A stretch of DNA of 64,000 bases from Octopus vulgaris (GCA_951406725.2 OX597817.1:110050001-110114000); one strand, 5' to 3'; counted from the stretch's first letter, positions 12,390 through 26,406 are shown. Numbers and translations are program-made. Notes: generated from the sequence alone by a model not told the origin.

Positions 12390-14065
12390 ATATATATATA
12401 TATATGTATACACACACACACATAATATTGGTTTCAATTTTTGGCACAAAGCCACCAATTTTGGAATGTGAGGCAGAACTAGTTGATTATATCAATCCCA
12501 GTCTTCAACTGGTAATTATTTCATTTTTAAAGTTTGAAAGACCAAATCAACCTTGGCAGAACAGGAACCCAGAACATAACGATAGATGAAATGTTGCTAA
12601 GCATTTTGCCTGGCATGCTAACAATACAAATGTTATACTAACACATGTATATTTATAGTGTGCAGATAGGGTTATAATCCAAGTTGTATCCTCATGAAAC
12701 ACATCTGCATATTTCAGTTCTCCAAAGTATATTTGTAGATGATATGACTTATATGAGAGTTAAAAATACTGGTAGATATTTATTGCTGAGTAATTATATA
12801 TTAAAACGAAAAAACTGGGAAAATTCTTTTGATATTATTTATTCAGTATTAAATACGTTTTTTTTTTTACCAGTATGAGTTATATAGGGATACATGAGGA
12901 AAAACATCTAAGAGATCTCCTATTAGCTATTCATCAGACCAAGAAAAGAAAATATATTTTTCCTAAATCCCACACACACATGCATATCATTTATACGTAT
13001 ATCATCATCATTTAACATCCATGTTCCATGCAAGCATGGGTCAGACAGTTTGACAAAATCTGATGGGCCTAAAGCCTGCATCATGATTTCTACAGCTTGA
13101 AGCCTTTAATAATGCCAACCACTTTACATCATGTACTGTGTGCTTTTTCTCATAGCACCAGCACTAGTGAGGTTGCCATGCAGCTTACAGGACTACGAAT
13201 CCACTGAGAGGTAGGTTTATGCTAGGAGATGAAGAAATAAGATCAGAACAGGTTTCTTGCTGTAGAGGGGCTACATGGCTAGTTACATTTTGGAAGAGAA
13301 GGAGGGGTGATTGGGTGGAGCAGTCAAGAAATATAATGGAGATGAAGATATGTCTGTGTAGATCTTCAGTGTACAAGGTGAGTAGAAGTAAATGGGTTCA
13401 GAAGAAATGGGATTGTGGGTGAGTAGATGTTGCAAGTGTGCATGGGAGAGATGGTGAGGGGGTGAATATAACGAATGAAGTGTTGAATGAATGATATGAG
13501 TAAGGGAAGTAGGGGAAAGTAGGTGACAACTGTAGAGATTGGATAGAAATGAAGGTGGATAAGGGTTAAGTCTGACCAATGAAGTGTGGAACTGAGAGTT
13601 GCAAAAATAGTAATGATGATACAGTAAACAGAGGAAGGCTGAGAGAGAGAAAGAGAGAGAGAGATGAAACAGACAGACAGAAGACAAGTGGTTGGGTACA
13701 TTGCAAGCATATCATCATCGTCATCATCGTTTAACGTCCGTTTTCTGCGCTAGCACAGGTTGGACGGTAATATGTGTGGGGAAAATGGTAGTTACTATGC
13801 ATAGGGTATGGAGTGAGTGAGAGAGGTATACAGTATTGGAGAAGGTAAAATGATTTGACAGCTCAGGAGAGGATGGTGTCAAGATAAACTGTGGGTAGAG
13901 AGGACACTATAGTTCCCAGTTGTGAGAAAGATTACTGTCTCAAAGAAAAGCTGCAGTTAGAGAGATGAAAGGAGGTGGGTGTGTCTTGAAAGAGAAATTG
14001 GGCAAAGGGCCCAGTTATATGTGTGTGTGTTTGTACATATCCACTCATTCATTCATACATATATA

Positions 14066-15352
14066 CAGGATGTGATGAATAAACTGCCATCTAAATTACG
14101 CAAAAATGAAAATAACACTGACATCTCATTTAACAGATATATTTACCAAAATTACATAAAAATATCTTGAAATACTAAAGAGTAAATTTATTCAATAAAA
14201 TCGTCATTGGTTTCAACCACGGCCTCCAGACAACTCCAGAATCTCCTGCAACTCTTCTGGATGGTCTCCTTGTTTAAGTTGGTTAATGCTGCCATAATCC
14301 TTGCCTTCAGTTCATCTTTGGTGTTGCAAGGAATTTTGTTGGGCTCTCACTCATCTGCACCCCACACATAATAAACAAGGGGATTGCAGTCTGGGAAGTT
14401 AGGTGGCCAGATGTTATGGGTGATGTGGTCGCAGAAATTGTCTGGCAACCATGACTGGGTTCTCCTGCTTGTGTGGTATGGTGCAGAGTCCTGTTGCCAG
14501 ACATAGGGTCTTCCAGCAGCCACCCTCTTGACCTAGGACAGCACTACCTCCTCCAGGCACTTGATGTAGGCCTCCGTTCTATGTCTGAGGCCGTGTGTGA
14601 AGATGAATGGAAGCATAACATTACCATCACTAGTGATCACTCCAAACACCATGATGTAGACTGGATGTTTGATTTTTATCACTCTTGGTACATATTTTGG
14701 GGACATAGCAGGCCAACAGTTGTTCTGTGTGTTCACCATCTGACCCTGGCAGAAATTTTTCTCATCTGAGAAAAACCAAAGCATGTTCAGTTGGAGGGAT
14801 GCTTGAGTTTATTCAAAAGCTTCATAGCACAGTTTTTCCTCTTGTCTTTGATGGTTTGAGATAAAAATTGGCCCTTTCTCATCTTGAATGAGGAATACCG
14901 AATGTTTTCATGCAATACCTGCTTGATAAGAAACTCAGACACTCCCATGTCCCTAGTAATGGACTGATTGACTTGGAGGGATTGTTGTCAATCATAGGCT
15001 CAATCTTACCCACAAATTCAGGAGTTCTTTTCTTATTAGAACGATTGGAGAGAGTTTTCCGAACTGCTGTACCTTTGTAATCACCATCAGACTCATCCAA
15101 CCCTTTTCGAATCCTTAGCACTGTCCTCAGATTGAGACTCAAACACTCTGATATGTTTGTAATGGAGATTCTGGCATGAATGCCAATCAGCACAGCATGT
15201 CATTTCCAAATTTCTGGCAAGTGAATTGTGTCATGGTGCTGTTTTTCCCAACTGACCCTACTATAATGTGTAGCCGACAAAATCAAAAACAAACCATACA
15301 CATGCGTAAAATTAAAAATCTAAAATGGCGACAATTTACCCATCGCACCCTG
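14066..15352 (-). mobile_element. Full-length decayed DD37D (maT/Bmmar1-like) Tc1-mariner transposon
   Basis: TA-flanked TIRs CAGGATGTGATGAATAAACTGCC / CAGGGTGCGATGGGTAAATTGTCGCC. ORF fragments include an N-terminal HTH region, WFFSDEKNF, and WQQDSAPYH...WPPNFPDCNPL(V)YYVW, with 37 residues between the second and the (mutated) third Asp. Confidence 0.9.
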
Positions 15353-15454
15353 TATGTATGTATGTATGTATGAGTGCATGTATGTATGTATGAATACATA
15401 CATACATACACTCATACATACAAACACACAACACTTTCAAAAATTAGTTTTGCT

Positions 15455-15655
15455 GCTTTGGGCAGGTTTTCTCAAGAATCTCATGCACTGATCTTTCCAA
15501 TCCCTTATCATCATCTCTGAGGTTCAATGTCCTCATATTATCTTTCACCATATCTACCTGGGTTTCCCTCTTCTACTAAACTCCATTCACATTTAGTGCT
15601 CAGCACTTCTTTACACAGTTATTCTCATCCATATGTATCACATGTCCATACAAGT
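15455..15655 (-). mobile_element. RTE-clade LINE C-terminal fragment
   Basis: Minus strand reads LYGHVIHMDENNCVKKC..NVNG..., resembling the RTE C-terminal pattern W.GHV.RM...R..K...V.G.R.RGRP. Confidence 0.55.
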
Positions 15656-17939
15656 GGTGGAAAACTTTATTGGGCTACTAAGGACTGATGAAGCTAGTAA
15701 GAATGACATGTACTGGTACAGTTTATAGATATCAAAACTGTATACAGTATATGATATGGTAGTGTTGTAAATGCCCGGTTATTCATTGTTAATATTTATA
15801 CACAGGTTTTTGTCGTGATTATGGATCTAATTTTCTCATTATTGCTTACTCTTAAAGAATGTCAATTGCCTATAGATTAAACAACAAAAAACATAAAGAC
15901 AAGTCTACCTTCAATAAGAATATGCTTATTTTAAATTTATGAATTTTTATTTATATTCAGTTTCCACTCTAATATGCAGACCTTAATTGATCATTAAAAA
16001 GTATTAGTCTGTGTTTAGACCATCAAGAGAAGATACTTGAGACTTTATTTTCCAGTATTGGGAAAACATTATGATTTGAGATTATTGCAACTTTAAAGTT
16101 CTAGAAGGCCATGATCTATTCATTAAAGTAATTGTAGTTGTTTGTGTCTGATGTAACTGTGTGGTTTACCATATCACTCCACTGTATCATTAATTTTGTT
16201 CTTTTGATGATGAATGGCAAGGAATCCATTTTTAGCCATATATACATTCCAGCTTAAAAAATTCCCCAAGTTCAGTTTTCTAAATTGAGTATCACAGCTA
16301 ATATGAACAGATTTTGGATCAGAACAAAGTGAATAATGACAAGGTGTACTGAATAATGGCTTGAAGTGGTGCTTTTCATAAATCAAATGCAAAAGTGAAA
16401 CGTGTAAACTGATAAAGCACTGTCACTATAAGAGCTATCTGATAAAGCAAGGATTCCTAAGATGGTAGAATCAGACATTCCACAGACAACAAAATCTTTA
16501 GTTACTAGATACACACACATATATACAACGGGCTTCTTTTAGTTTCCGCCAACTAAATCCACTCACAAAGCTTTGATCAGACCGAGGCTATAGTAGAAGA
16601 CAGTTGCCCAAAGTGCCATGCAGTAGGACTGAACCTGGAACCATGTGGTTGGGAAGCAAGCTTCTAACCACAGTCATGCCTGCACCTGGTGTTTATTTAT
16701 CTACCAGTTCTTCCATCCACAATTTATCGAAAACAGTTGGCTGTTCTATTACATACCAGCAGCTTGCATACACACAGGATTCTTGTGATCTCACTTAAAT
16801 GAATATCCAATGCTATGAATTTGCTTTTCTTTAATTCTATTTAACGTTAAATAACAGTAATATATGCAAATTATTTGCTTATAACTAAGGCATACAGCAC
16901 TTTTTTATACATTAAAAGAAAGTTATAATTTACCATTTCCAACATGGTAAATCTAATACTGGAAAACATTCTGTGCTTCCCCACCATTCTTTCTGTGCTG
17001 TAAGCACATGCTGCTGGTTTTGTTTAATGATTAATCCAGCTCTCATCATAGGCTTGTTCGGCCGGACATGATCTGGGTTTAACAAACAATTATTTGTAAT
17101 GGCATCTAGCCAATAAGCTGAAGACGGCATAAATATTTGTGGCGGTCAGTGTTTATCATTATACCATATGGTTGATAAATACACCTTACAACATTTTAAT
17201 TAATGTTGGCTAGTATATCGAATTGTTAATTTGTAAAATTAAAGATGCCGAATTATCCTTTATTTTTCAGTTAGTTTCACTTTTCTGAATTTTCACCTCT
17301 AAAATCTGCATTGATGATATGATGATCGTAATGGTGATCTCTGATCGATTTTGATGTACAAGGGATATGTGTGTGTGTGTGTGTGTGTGTGCGTGCGTTT
17401 ATTATTCAGCAGATTCACAAGACCTAAGGTGTTGTAACCTTCATTTGTCTGTTTCGCCACTTGTGATATCGTATCGTGACGTATCATATCACAAGATCTC
17501 GACTTCGGCGAATAGATGTTGGTATTTCTTTTATAAATACTAACAGGATGACCAGAAAGATTGATAAAAATCGATTCTACCAGACTTGAACTCAGAACTC
17601 TGCACAAAACATAAGACAAACAGATGAAGGAGCCTATCCACTGTACTCAACCTACAATAAATAACCACTGAATTGCTTAAGTCACCCTACAGTTTTAAGA
17701 ATAAAGAGCGCATTAGTCGGGGCATTCCTAAAATTTTAGAGTTCTTTTTCATTTTTCTTTTTCTCACTTCGTGATACTCATGTGGCGGGTGCAAATGAGA
17801 AATTACTGGCCTACTTCACATAGAAAGTTAAGAATGTTTTAAAGTTAAGAATATAGAAAAACCATTGCTAACCTTTTCTTTAATCAAATCTGTGTATAGG
17901 CACAGGCATGGCTGTGTGGCAAGAGGCTTGCTTCCCAAC

Positions 17940-18138
17940 CAGGGCCGGCGCTACTCTACAAAAGCTGAAGATTGATGTTTTACGCTTTGTGTAATACGCT
18001 AATCCCAGCCAAAAAGCGTTGAGGGCTTGAGGCTGCACCATTAGCCGCAATCATAAAATTCGTCACAGCGTCCGCCGCTCGAGTGTGTGTGGGACGCTAT
18101 TTGAACAAACCTGTCTAATTGACTTAAAACCAACCCTG
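17940..18138. mobile_element. hAT-like MITE inserted in a family A SINE
   Basis: Termini CAGGGCCGG.. / ..ACCAACCCTG. 8-bp TSD ttcccaac (17932-17939) / ttcctaat (18139-18146). The host SINE resumes in register after the insertion. Confidence 0.75.
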
Positions 18139-18528
18139 TTCCTAATCACATGATTTCGGGTTCAGTCCTACAGTGTAGCACCTTGGGCAAGTGTCGCCTA
18201 CTATAGCCTCAAACCAGCCAAACCTTTGTGAGTGGATTTGTAAGACGAGACCGTCGTATATGTTTGTTTTTGTGTTTGTCTCCCTCCCCTTTTTGACAAT
18301 TGTTGATTTATTTACGTACCCGTAACCTAAAACTTCAGTAAAACCGACCGATGGAATAAGTACTGGTGTCGATTTGTTCGATTAAACCCTTCAAAGCGCA
18401 GTTCCAGCATGGCCACAGTCCAATGACTGAAATAAATAAAAGATAAAAGAAACGATAACAAAATTATAAATTACACATTCTTTCAGCATTAGTATGAATT
18501 TTCTAAACTCTTAAAATTGTATTTTTAA

Positions 18529-18746
18529 CCCTTTAGTAGTTAAACCGGCCATATCTGACACAAGTATTCTACCTGTTTATGTTCAAACTGACCATATCTA
18601 ACCTCCAGTACCTACTCCGCAATGCCACTCTAAAACTAAACAAGCAATCGTCAAAATTTCAAAGCTACGAGAATATGTATGATTGATTCAAACCTATGTG
18701 AATAAACAAGCATTACATCTGACAGAGTAATCAGTATGCTGAAGGG
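18529..18746. mobile_element. piggyBac-like MITE (TTAA-flanked)
   Basis: TTAA-CCCTTTAGTA...TGCTGAAGGG-TTAA. Confidence 0.75.
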
Positions 18747-19638
18747 TTAAAAATCTATGACATACTTGGATACCTTTTGCGATTCATCATTTGAGAACTG
18801 TTATCCCAGCAACACAAAATTGCATATATTTACGGTCAGAAAAATGTCTGCTCGGTCAGAAAGTGGTGTGAAGCTAAAGAATAAAATACCTAATAGAATA
18901 TGCATTACCGTCACTCCATTGGCCCAGATACACGTAATAATACGAAAATCTAGATGGTTTCACTATAACAAAAAGTGACATTCCAATTACATTAGCCTCC
19001 ATCCAGATTAATCTAAACACTCAAAGAAAGGATGTGATACCTATTTACTATAGTTCATTGAAAATATTATTCTACAGTGACTTCTTACTTTTATATCATT
19101 ACTTAATCAAATAAAATGAGTTGCTATGCTTGAAAGTATGGTTTTATAAGTATTTTTTATCGTTCAACGCGAACTGAAAGTAAATGATAGGCTGCGGCAA
19201 TATTTTTCCCTTCCCTAAACCTTATCGCATTTGTTTCTAAAACAAATATTGTCAATAATGTGAACTAGATGAGCTGAGAATGTTCATTCAACAAGTTCCT
19301 TTCGTTCCCTTATTTTTTCCTTCATCAATGCATAACAGAACTTAAATACGCAATTGTATGTGAGTGAGTGAGTGTGTGTGTATATATATATATATATATA
19401 TTGATATATAGATAGATAGAGAGAGATGCGTATATGGAGATCTAGATGTATATGGAAACCACAACATATGTATATCTATATTTCTATAGGTTATGATTTA
19501 ATTCATAACTTACACACATACATGCCTTGTGACTGTATAATTTTATTATAAAATAAGCATTTCTAATTTAGGCACAATGCCAGTAATTTTGAGGAGAAAA
19601 CACCATCAACTCCATTACTTGACTGATGCTTAGTTTGG

Positions 19639-20292
19639 TTAATGTTTACTTTAACACCTGGCCACAAAAAAAAAAGGTGTAATAGTGCCAAAAATGTTAG
19701 ATTCATTTATTTTTCATTTGAGTAATAGAAAAAGGTTTTTAAAAAAGATCCCATGTATCATGGTAAGAGAAACAAATTCATTAATACGGTGTTGAATATA
19801 GTTTCACTTTGGAAAAAATGCTGAGAGCGATTTAGCTGTTGTTTTTAGCACATCTCCACCGTTGGGATCTTTTTTAAAACCTTTTGCTATTACTCAAACG
19901 AAAAATAAATGAAGCTAATTTTCTTTTCAAACTTTTTTCCATTAAACTCAAGCAAAAAAATAATTTATGAATTTCTTTCTCTTCGAAAGTCCTCATCCCA
20001 CCCCCTCGGAAAACATTTTCCCCACAAATTTCTTTATAATCGTAATCTATGCCATTTGAAAGGAATTTATATAAAATTTTATCAAGATATACATTTTCCT
20101 AAAAGTTATCAGGTAAAGAATCAGATCGGATCTCAAAAAGATCCATCGGATCTTGTGAATTTTCCGAAAGTCTTCTCCCCGGTTCGTTGGCGCAATTTTT
20201 TGTTTTCATATTTGTTTAATACACATTTTTTTACACCTATTACACTTGCTTTTTGTTTTGTTTTGGTAGCCGGGTATTAAAGTAAACATTAA
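19639..20292. mobile_element. Non-autonomous DNA transposon with about 50-60-bp TIRs and an internal inverted repeat
   Basis: ttaatgtttactttaacacctggcc.. versus ..gccgggtattaaagtaaacattaa, with TTAA at both extremes. Internal inverted pair at 19697-19753 / 19863-19918. Interrupts a family B SINE. Confidence 0.7.
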
Positions 20293-20589
20293 TTTCCTCG
20301 ACTCCCTTCTCACCCGCAAAAACGAAAAGCAAAACTGTCTTCGGTGGGATTTGAACTCAGAAGATAAAGAACCGCTGAATGTTTTCTCTCCCGAGGCTCT
20401 AACTTTAATAATGTCCGGCGAATACTCAGTTATTCAACTGTGATTAGTAATATTCTACCAAAATAATTTACATATAACGTTATCTATCTATCTATCTATC
20501 TATCACTTTCCACATTCTTCCCTCTGATGCTATCTATTTTATTGACTTGCTCCCCCTCTCTTTCTCTTCTCTCGCTCTCTCCCTCCCTT

Positions 20590-20624
<35 letters not shown>

Positions 20625-21315
20625 CTTTGATATTTTTCCAGTTTCCTTTCTCTTCACGTTCCCACTTCCTTATCTTTTTTATTATATTTCCAAGAGAAAG
20701 CAGGAAATATAGAGAATAATTTATTGGATAAAGCGCTTTGTTCATGTATTTTTAGAAATGGAGTCTAAGTGCAGTTTAGTTCTAAAGTCATTGATGTCGT
20801 TCATACGGAATTTTATTTATTTTGTTATTTTTTTTTTTAGCTTTATCTTATTTTATTTACTTATTTTGTTACCTGATTTAAATCTTATCTTGATTTCAAT
20901 GCTCTAAGTTGAACTTTACCTGTTAGAATTAACTTCCAGTCCTCTGCTTTATATCATCAAATACCTCATCCTTCGAGGTGTAGGCGGCATAGTAGTGGTA
21001 AACCTTTTCCCAGTCGGTTTTTACTTGCTTTTGGTACATTAAACAAAATACACGCACAGACGAACTTTTCAATCGCAGCTCTCTGTTGATAAGTTTTTTT
21101 TTTGCAGTTGTGCGTCTATGCTCTCATCGATAAGTAGGTTTAGATTTTTCCAGCCGCCTGTTATAACTGGTGTCGTAATTAACATTGTTTCAGCTGCACA
21201 CCATCAAAAACTGTTTCTTACATCGATTGTATTGACCACGTGAAAGCATGCAAAACGTATGCAATGTCACAACAAGAATATAAACAATATCATACACTGA
21301 GTATACAGTGTGCAG

Positions 21316-21324
21316 ATGTTGCAG
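21316..21324 (+). CDS. Candidate alternative first coding exon (MLQ) of the DPP6/10-like gene
   Basis: ATG TTG CAG|GTATGT is a strong phase-0 donor at the end of a unique CpG-containing stretch (about 20900-21330). Upstream out-of-frame ATGs exist. Inference only. Confidence 0.3.
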
Positions 21325-22430
21325 GTATGTTTATAATTTTGTAATAACACAAAGAACTAAACAAGAAAGTATATATAGCATTACTCCAATCTCGAGAGAT
21401 AAATTGTGTTGGACATTATATCTCTGTGCTTTCTTAATTCTCTTTGCAATTCTGCAGCTCCCATGTTATTATGAGGATTAGCCTGATTTTAGAAGTGTTG
21501 GCAGTATGAAGGTGTTGGAGATAGAATATTAGCAGTTAGAGAAATTAATGATATTAACCTATTAATAACCATTGTGGGAATCATTTGATCGGGTAGTTGC
21601 TCAGCAAGAGATGTTGGTAGTTGGTGATGCCAGCTTATTGATTACATCAGTACTAGCAGATGTGCTTAGAGCAGGATATTTAGGAGCTATTAGTTCAGTT
21701 GTGTGGGCTTTTCTCGTCACGTTTAATCCAAGCTGTGTTTCCGCCAGCATGAATCAGTTAACATGCATCTGTGTGAAAAAATTTTATTAGATTCCTCTTG
21801 TAATGAGCCATTTTCCATTTTCATAAAGGAGGTTTAGTGTTACACTTAACTATCTTCCAAGTAATTTCTCAATTGAAGAAAAACTTGCATGCACAAGATT
21901 TGTTGTGATGCTTGAAAAGAACCTTCTGAAAATACTTACCAAACTTTGCAACTGATGGACTGTAACCTCTTAAATGCAAGATGTCACTGTTTGTTCAGCT
22001 CCTTCTACTATACCATTTAGACTGTAGGAATAATTTAGAGTTTTCTTAAACCAAGTTGGCTTTAACTGAACCAATCTGATCCTTGAATAAATTCAAGTCT
22101 ATTGTCTGATACCCCATTCTCTGAAGCACCAAATTTTAAAAAATATGGAAATAGACATGTCCTTGCATTTTCCAAGCTTCTGCTGAACACAGAAAAAGGC
22201 TTCAGTACCAACAGCAACTCAATCAACTAAGATCAACACATTCCCAACATTTTGTATACATCTCCAAACTATATGTAATCTTTCCCAAAGTCATAATATG
22301 GAACACTTACCAATATAAAGGGTTGATGGGATTAAGTCTGATTTTAGCACATGTCAGAAAGTCTACCGTATCTTCAGCAAGATTAGACAACCAAACACAA
22401 ACTGTTGCTATGAATTGCAGGAGGAAGTTT

Positions 22431-23288
22431 GGATCTTGTGGTTTTCATCACTCTTTGCAATTTTGTTCCAGTTGTTTTCAATTTTGGTTTATGGATTAAG
22501 TTTTGTATACTAATTATGAAAAGGAAATTCATTTTTCCTAGAAATCCATAACTAAAAAGTTATTAGCCTTTAAAATTTGCAAAATTTGGGTATTTTAGCC
22601 AATCAGAAGTAGGTATTTTATACATCACCATGGTGAAAAACTCTGTTTCCATAGTAACTAAAGATGCTGCACATGCACACAAGGAGGAGGAGATACGAGA
22701 AAGATAATTTTCTACTATAATAATACTCTAGTGTTTTTCTCTGTCACAACATATGAATGAGAAAGGAATGGGTGACAGATGAATAAGGAAGAAGGGGTGA
22801 TGGCAAACTGGTAGTGGGAATGTTTCAACTCTGTGTGTGTATGTAAAAGGGAGGTATGTGAATATTTGTGTGTACGTATCTTTGTGTATTGCAAACTTTC
22901 GTATGTGAAATTTTTTAACTAATAATTGTTTGCTTTAAGCAATGTTTTGGCTGTTATTTCTAGCTTTTAAGTATTTAATTTGCTCACAAATATTTTAATG
23001 TTAACTTCATTCATGTGTATATTTTAATGTTTTGATTGATATTACTATCAATGTTTAGATGTGCTGATGCCAACTCCATCTTTGATGATGGAAGAAGCAG
23101 CGAATGCACTGTTTTCTGATTGGCTGAAAATTCTGAAAATTATTAAACTTTGAACACATGTAACATTTTTGCAAAATTTTTCTGGAATAAATGAATAACA
23201 AATTTGGATTCAGCATCAAAAATTTAAATGATACATTAAAAATTTTTTTAAAGATAATTGTAAACAGTGATGAAAACCACAAAGATCT
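22431..23288. mobile_element. Non-autonomous Merlin-like DNA transposon
   Basis: About 30-bp TIRs (ggatcttgtggttttcatcactctttgcaatt / aattgtaaacagtgatgaaaaccacaaagatct). Perfect 8-bp TSD ggaagttt at 22423-22430 and 23289-23296. Subterminal inverted ttagccaatcagaa. A GG start with an 8-bp TSD fits Merlin, but the superfamily is inferred. Confidence 0.75.
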
Positions 23289-25464
23289 GGAAGTTTGGAA
23301 TGATAAGGTTCAAGAAGTAATTGCTTGCTTTTATTAAAAATAAGATCATTCTTTACAATATTAAAGAAGCTGGTGTATTGTAGCTGAAACCAACAAGTAA
23401 GACAAAGAGGGTGTGAGATAGAAGAATTAACTGTGAACTAAGACAGAAATTTACAACATTGATTTAAAAATAGAAAAATAAATATTTGTATAAGGATGAA
23501 AAAAGAAAGAAAAAAATGTATGTGAGGGTTGATAAGAATAGTTGTTTAAAGAGGAATATTTAGATATATTTTCATGATGAATGTAAAACATTTAATAATG
23601 GTTACTTACAAGTTTAGATTTTACCATAACAATGTTAGTTAACGGTGATACAGATCTTAATGCAGCTGCTACAAGTTTATTTTGGACTTAGGACCCTTAG
23701 TGTATTGAGAACCAATCAAGCTGCAATCATTTTATTTGTTGCAACTATTTTTGCTATTTTGAATAGGAGGGTAGCTCTGTATACTATACTAATCCCAAAC
23801 TTATCCAAAACAGCTGTCTCTTCTTTCCATCACATGTACAGTATCTCATCTTAACCTATACCCCCTCCTCTTCCTCGTCTTTCATCTTTCATTTTTGGCT
23901 CTCTCTGTAATTACCCCTTCATCAGTACTTTACCCTCCAGTCACCAATTAAATTCAAGCTGTAGTAAAATGTAAACCACAGAAGAATCACCAAATTAATT
24001 CTGAAGTTCTTGGAAGGACTAGGGAAAGGTTAAAACGGGTTAGAACACTCTAAGCACTACTTTTCTTCTATTTTACTGCAAGCGAACTAATCATTTTTAA
24101 CATTTGTACTAAATATTAAAACCACCACAACTTACATAGCTATCCTTTTTGTCCATGTCTATCAATCTGAACTAATGAAGGAAGCCTATATGTAGTTGCT
24201 TGGCCTGCTAAGAATAGCAGACAAATCTCCATCAAATCACACCCTACCATCTTTGAAAAAGAATGACATTTGATAATGTAGGCAGAAACACATATCTGGA
24301 GGGAAAAAATGTTTGGATTCTCAAAGCTTGAATACTTTTTGATCATAGGTATAATCATTCAGATCTGGCCTTTGCAAAATATGAAGCACAACACAATGCA
24401 ATAGTTTGTATATTGGTCAAGACAGTTTCATGTCATTCACTTCTGATGTCTTTTTATAGTCTTGCTTAAGAAAGAGGACAGACACTGTTTTTTTATTTTT
24501 ATTTTGGGCTACCCACCAAAACAGAATTGAGATTCTAAAACCAAGTTGCTGCATAAAATAAAAAACATTGGTGTGGGTGCTGCTGCTATGTAAAAAGCAC
24601 CCAATACACTCTGTGGACTGGTTGGCATAAGGAAGAGCATCCAGCAATAGAAACCAAGCCAAAACTGACTATGGAACCTGGTGCAGCCCCTGGCCTTGCC
24701 AGTTTCTGTTAAGTTGTCCAATCCATGCCAGCATGGAAAACAGACATTAAATGTTGATGATGATTTTTAAAAATAGCTAATTTAAAAATATAGTCAGATA
24801 ATATAATGTAGGTAGGTTGGTAGGTTGGTGGATGGAAAGATAGATACATAGGTGGGTGGAAGAATAAATACACAGATTTGGATGGAAGGATAGATCTATT
24901 TAACATTTATCTTGCAATCCATCCATCCATCAACTTCAGAATCTGAGAAGTTTTAAGTTCACATTCATAAATAGATATGTGTAATATTGTTCCTATTTCA
25001 ACTTCAGTGCGATTTGAACTCAGAACATAAAGAGCTGGATGAAGTGCCATTAAGCATTTTCTTTTTCAACATACTAACAATTCTGCCTTCTCAGATGATA
25101 ATAATAATAATTCTTTCTAATTTTACATAGGCATAAGGCCATGCATTTTGAGAGGCTTATAGTGATTTAAATCAACTCTAGAACTTGATTGCCACAAGAG
25201 TAGTCACTCTCAGAGAGATTAGCACTCAGAACACAACATGTCATCCACCAGATTACCAGTTCTGTTCTTTATCTTTTGTCTTCTACTTGTTTCAGTCATT
25301 TGACTACAGCCAAGAGGGAGCAATGCCTTGAAGGGTTTTAATTAAACAAATTGACCCCAGGACTTTTTTTTTAAAGCCTACTACTTATTCTGTTTGTCTC
25401 TTTTGCCAAGTTATGGGGATGTAAACACACTAACTCCTGTTGTCAAGTGGTGACAGACACAAAG

Positions 25465-25525
<61 letters not shown>

Positions 25526-25686
25526 CAGCTTCTTTAAGTTTCCATCTACCAAATCCACTCACAAGGCTTTGGTCGGCCCAAGGCTATAGTGGAATACACT
25601 TGCCCAAGGTGCCACTGAACCTGGAACCATGTGGTTGGCAAGCAATCTTCTTACCTCAGAGCCATGCCTGTACCTACAATCCTTTC

Positions 25687-25722
<36 letters not shown>

Positions 25723-26406
25723 CAACAGTAGTAGTTTCTTTGTACATGGCTTATTTCTTTTCTGTAAAATCTACTTGGTATTTCTTACCACTTACTCTTC
25801 TCTTGTTTCAAATATCAAAAGTTCTTATATGCATCATGATCATGATAAAATTGAAACCTGTCAAGATGTATTGCAATTATATACATATGCATACACACGT
25901 GCACACACACACACACACACACACACATGCACACACACACTCACTCACTCATACTCACATACATGTATATCATTTAAATTTTCAAATGCAATACTGAGTT
26001 ATAATTTCTCTTGTTCAAAGCTTTTGTTTTTTTTCTCCAGACTTTTCTCATCTATTGACTCTGGAGTTGATTCTTGACTATGATATCAAATATACATTTT
26101 GAACTATTAATCTAAAAATGGATTTTTGCTCTTAGCAGTGTATTTATTCTCTGAAGGAAAATAAAAGTTATGTCAAAGCTAACAAACCAAATAAAACAAT
26201 GATATATTAGTGTTTGAATGGCAAACATAAAGCTATCAAACTCTCTTGTAACTGCTATTTGCTTGGTTTACTTTGAAGCTTTTCAAATATAGGAATTGCT
26301 TTCACATTTCGAATTTCTCTAATTCTTGACAGATTCAAGTATGAAAGAGAGATCATTGGTTTACCAAAGCTCTCATGGATAGCCAATCTTAAGGTCCTTT
26401 TTTTAA

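Noticed and set aside
15680-15750. CTGATGA followed by AAAAC (also CTGAGGA..GAAAC at about 58099-58130) as hammerheads
   Set aside because: Stems I and II are absent or too weak, consistent with chance or heavy decay.
21265-21324. Longer first exon MSQQEYKQYHTLSIQCADVA
   Set aside because: Its reading frame is out of phase at the GTATGT donor and is incompatible with the phase-0 TM exon.
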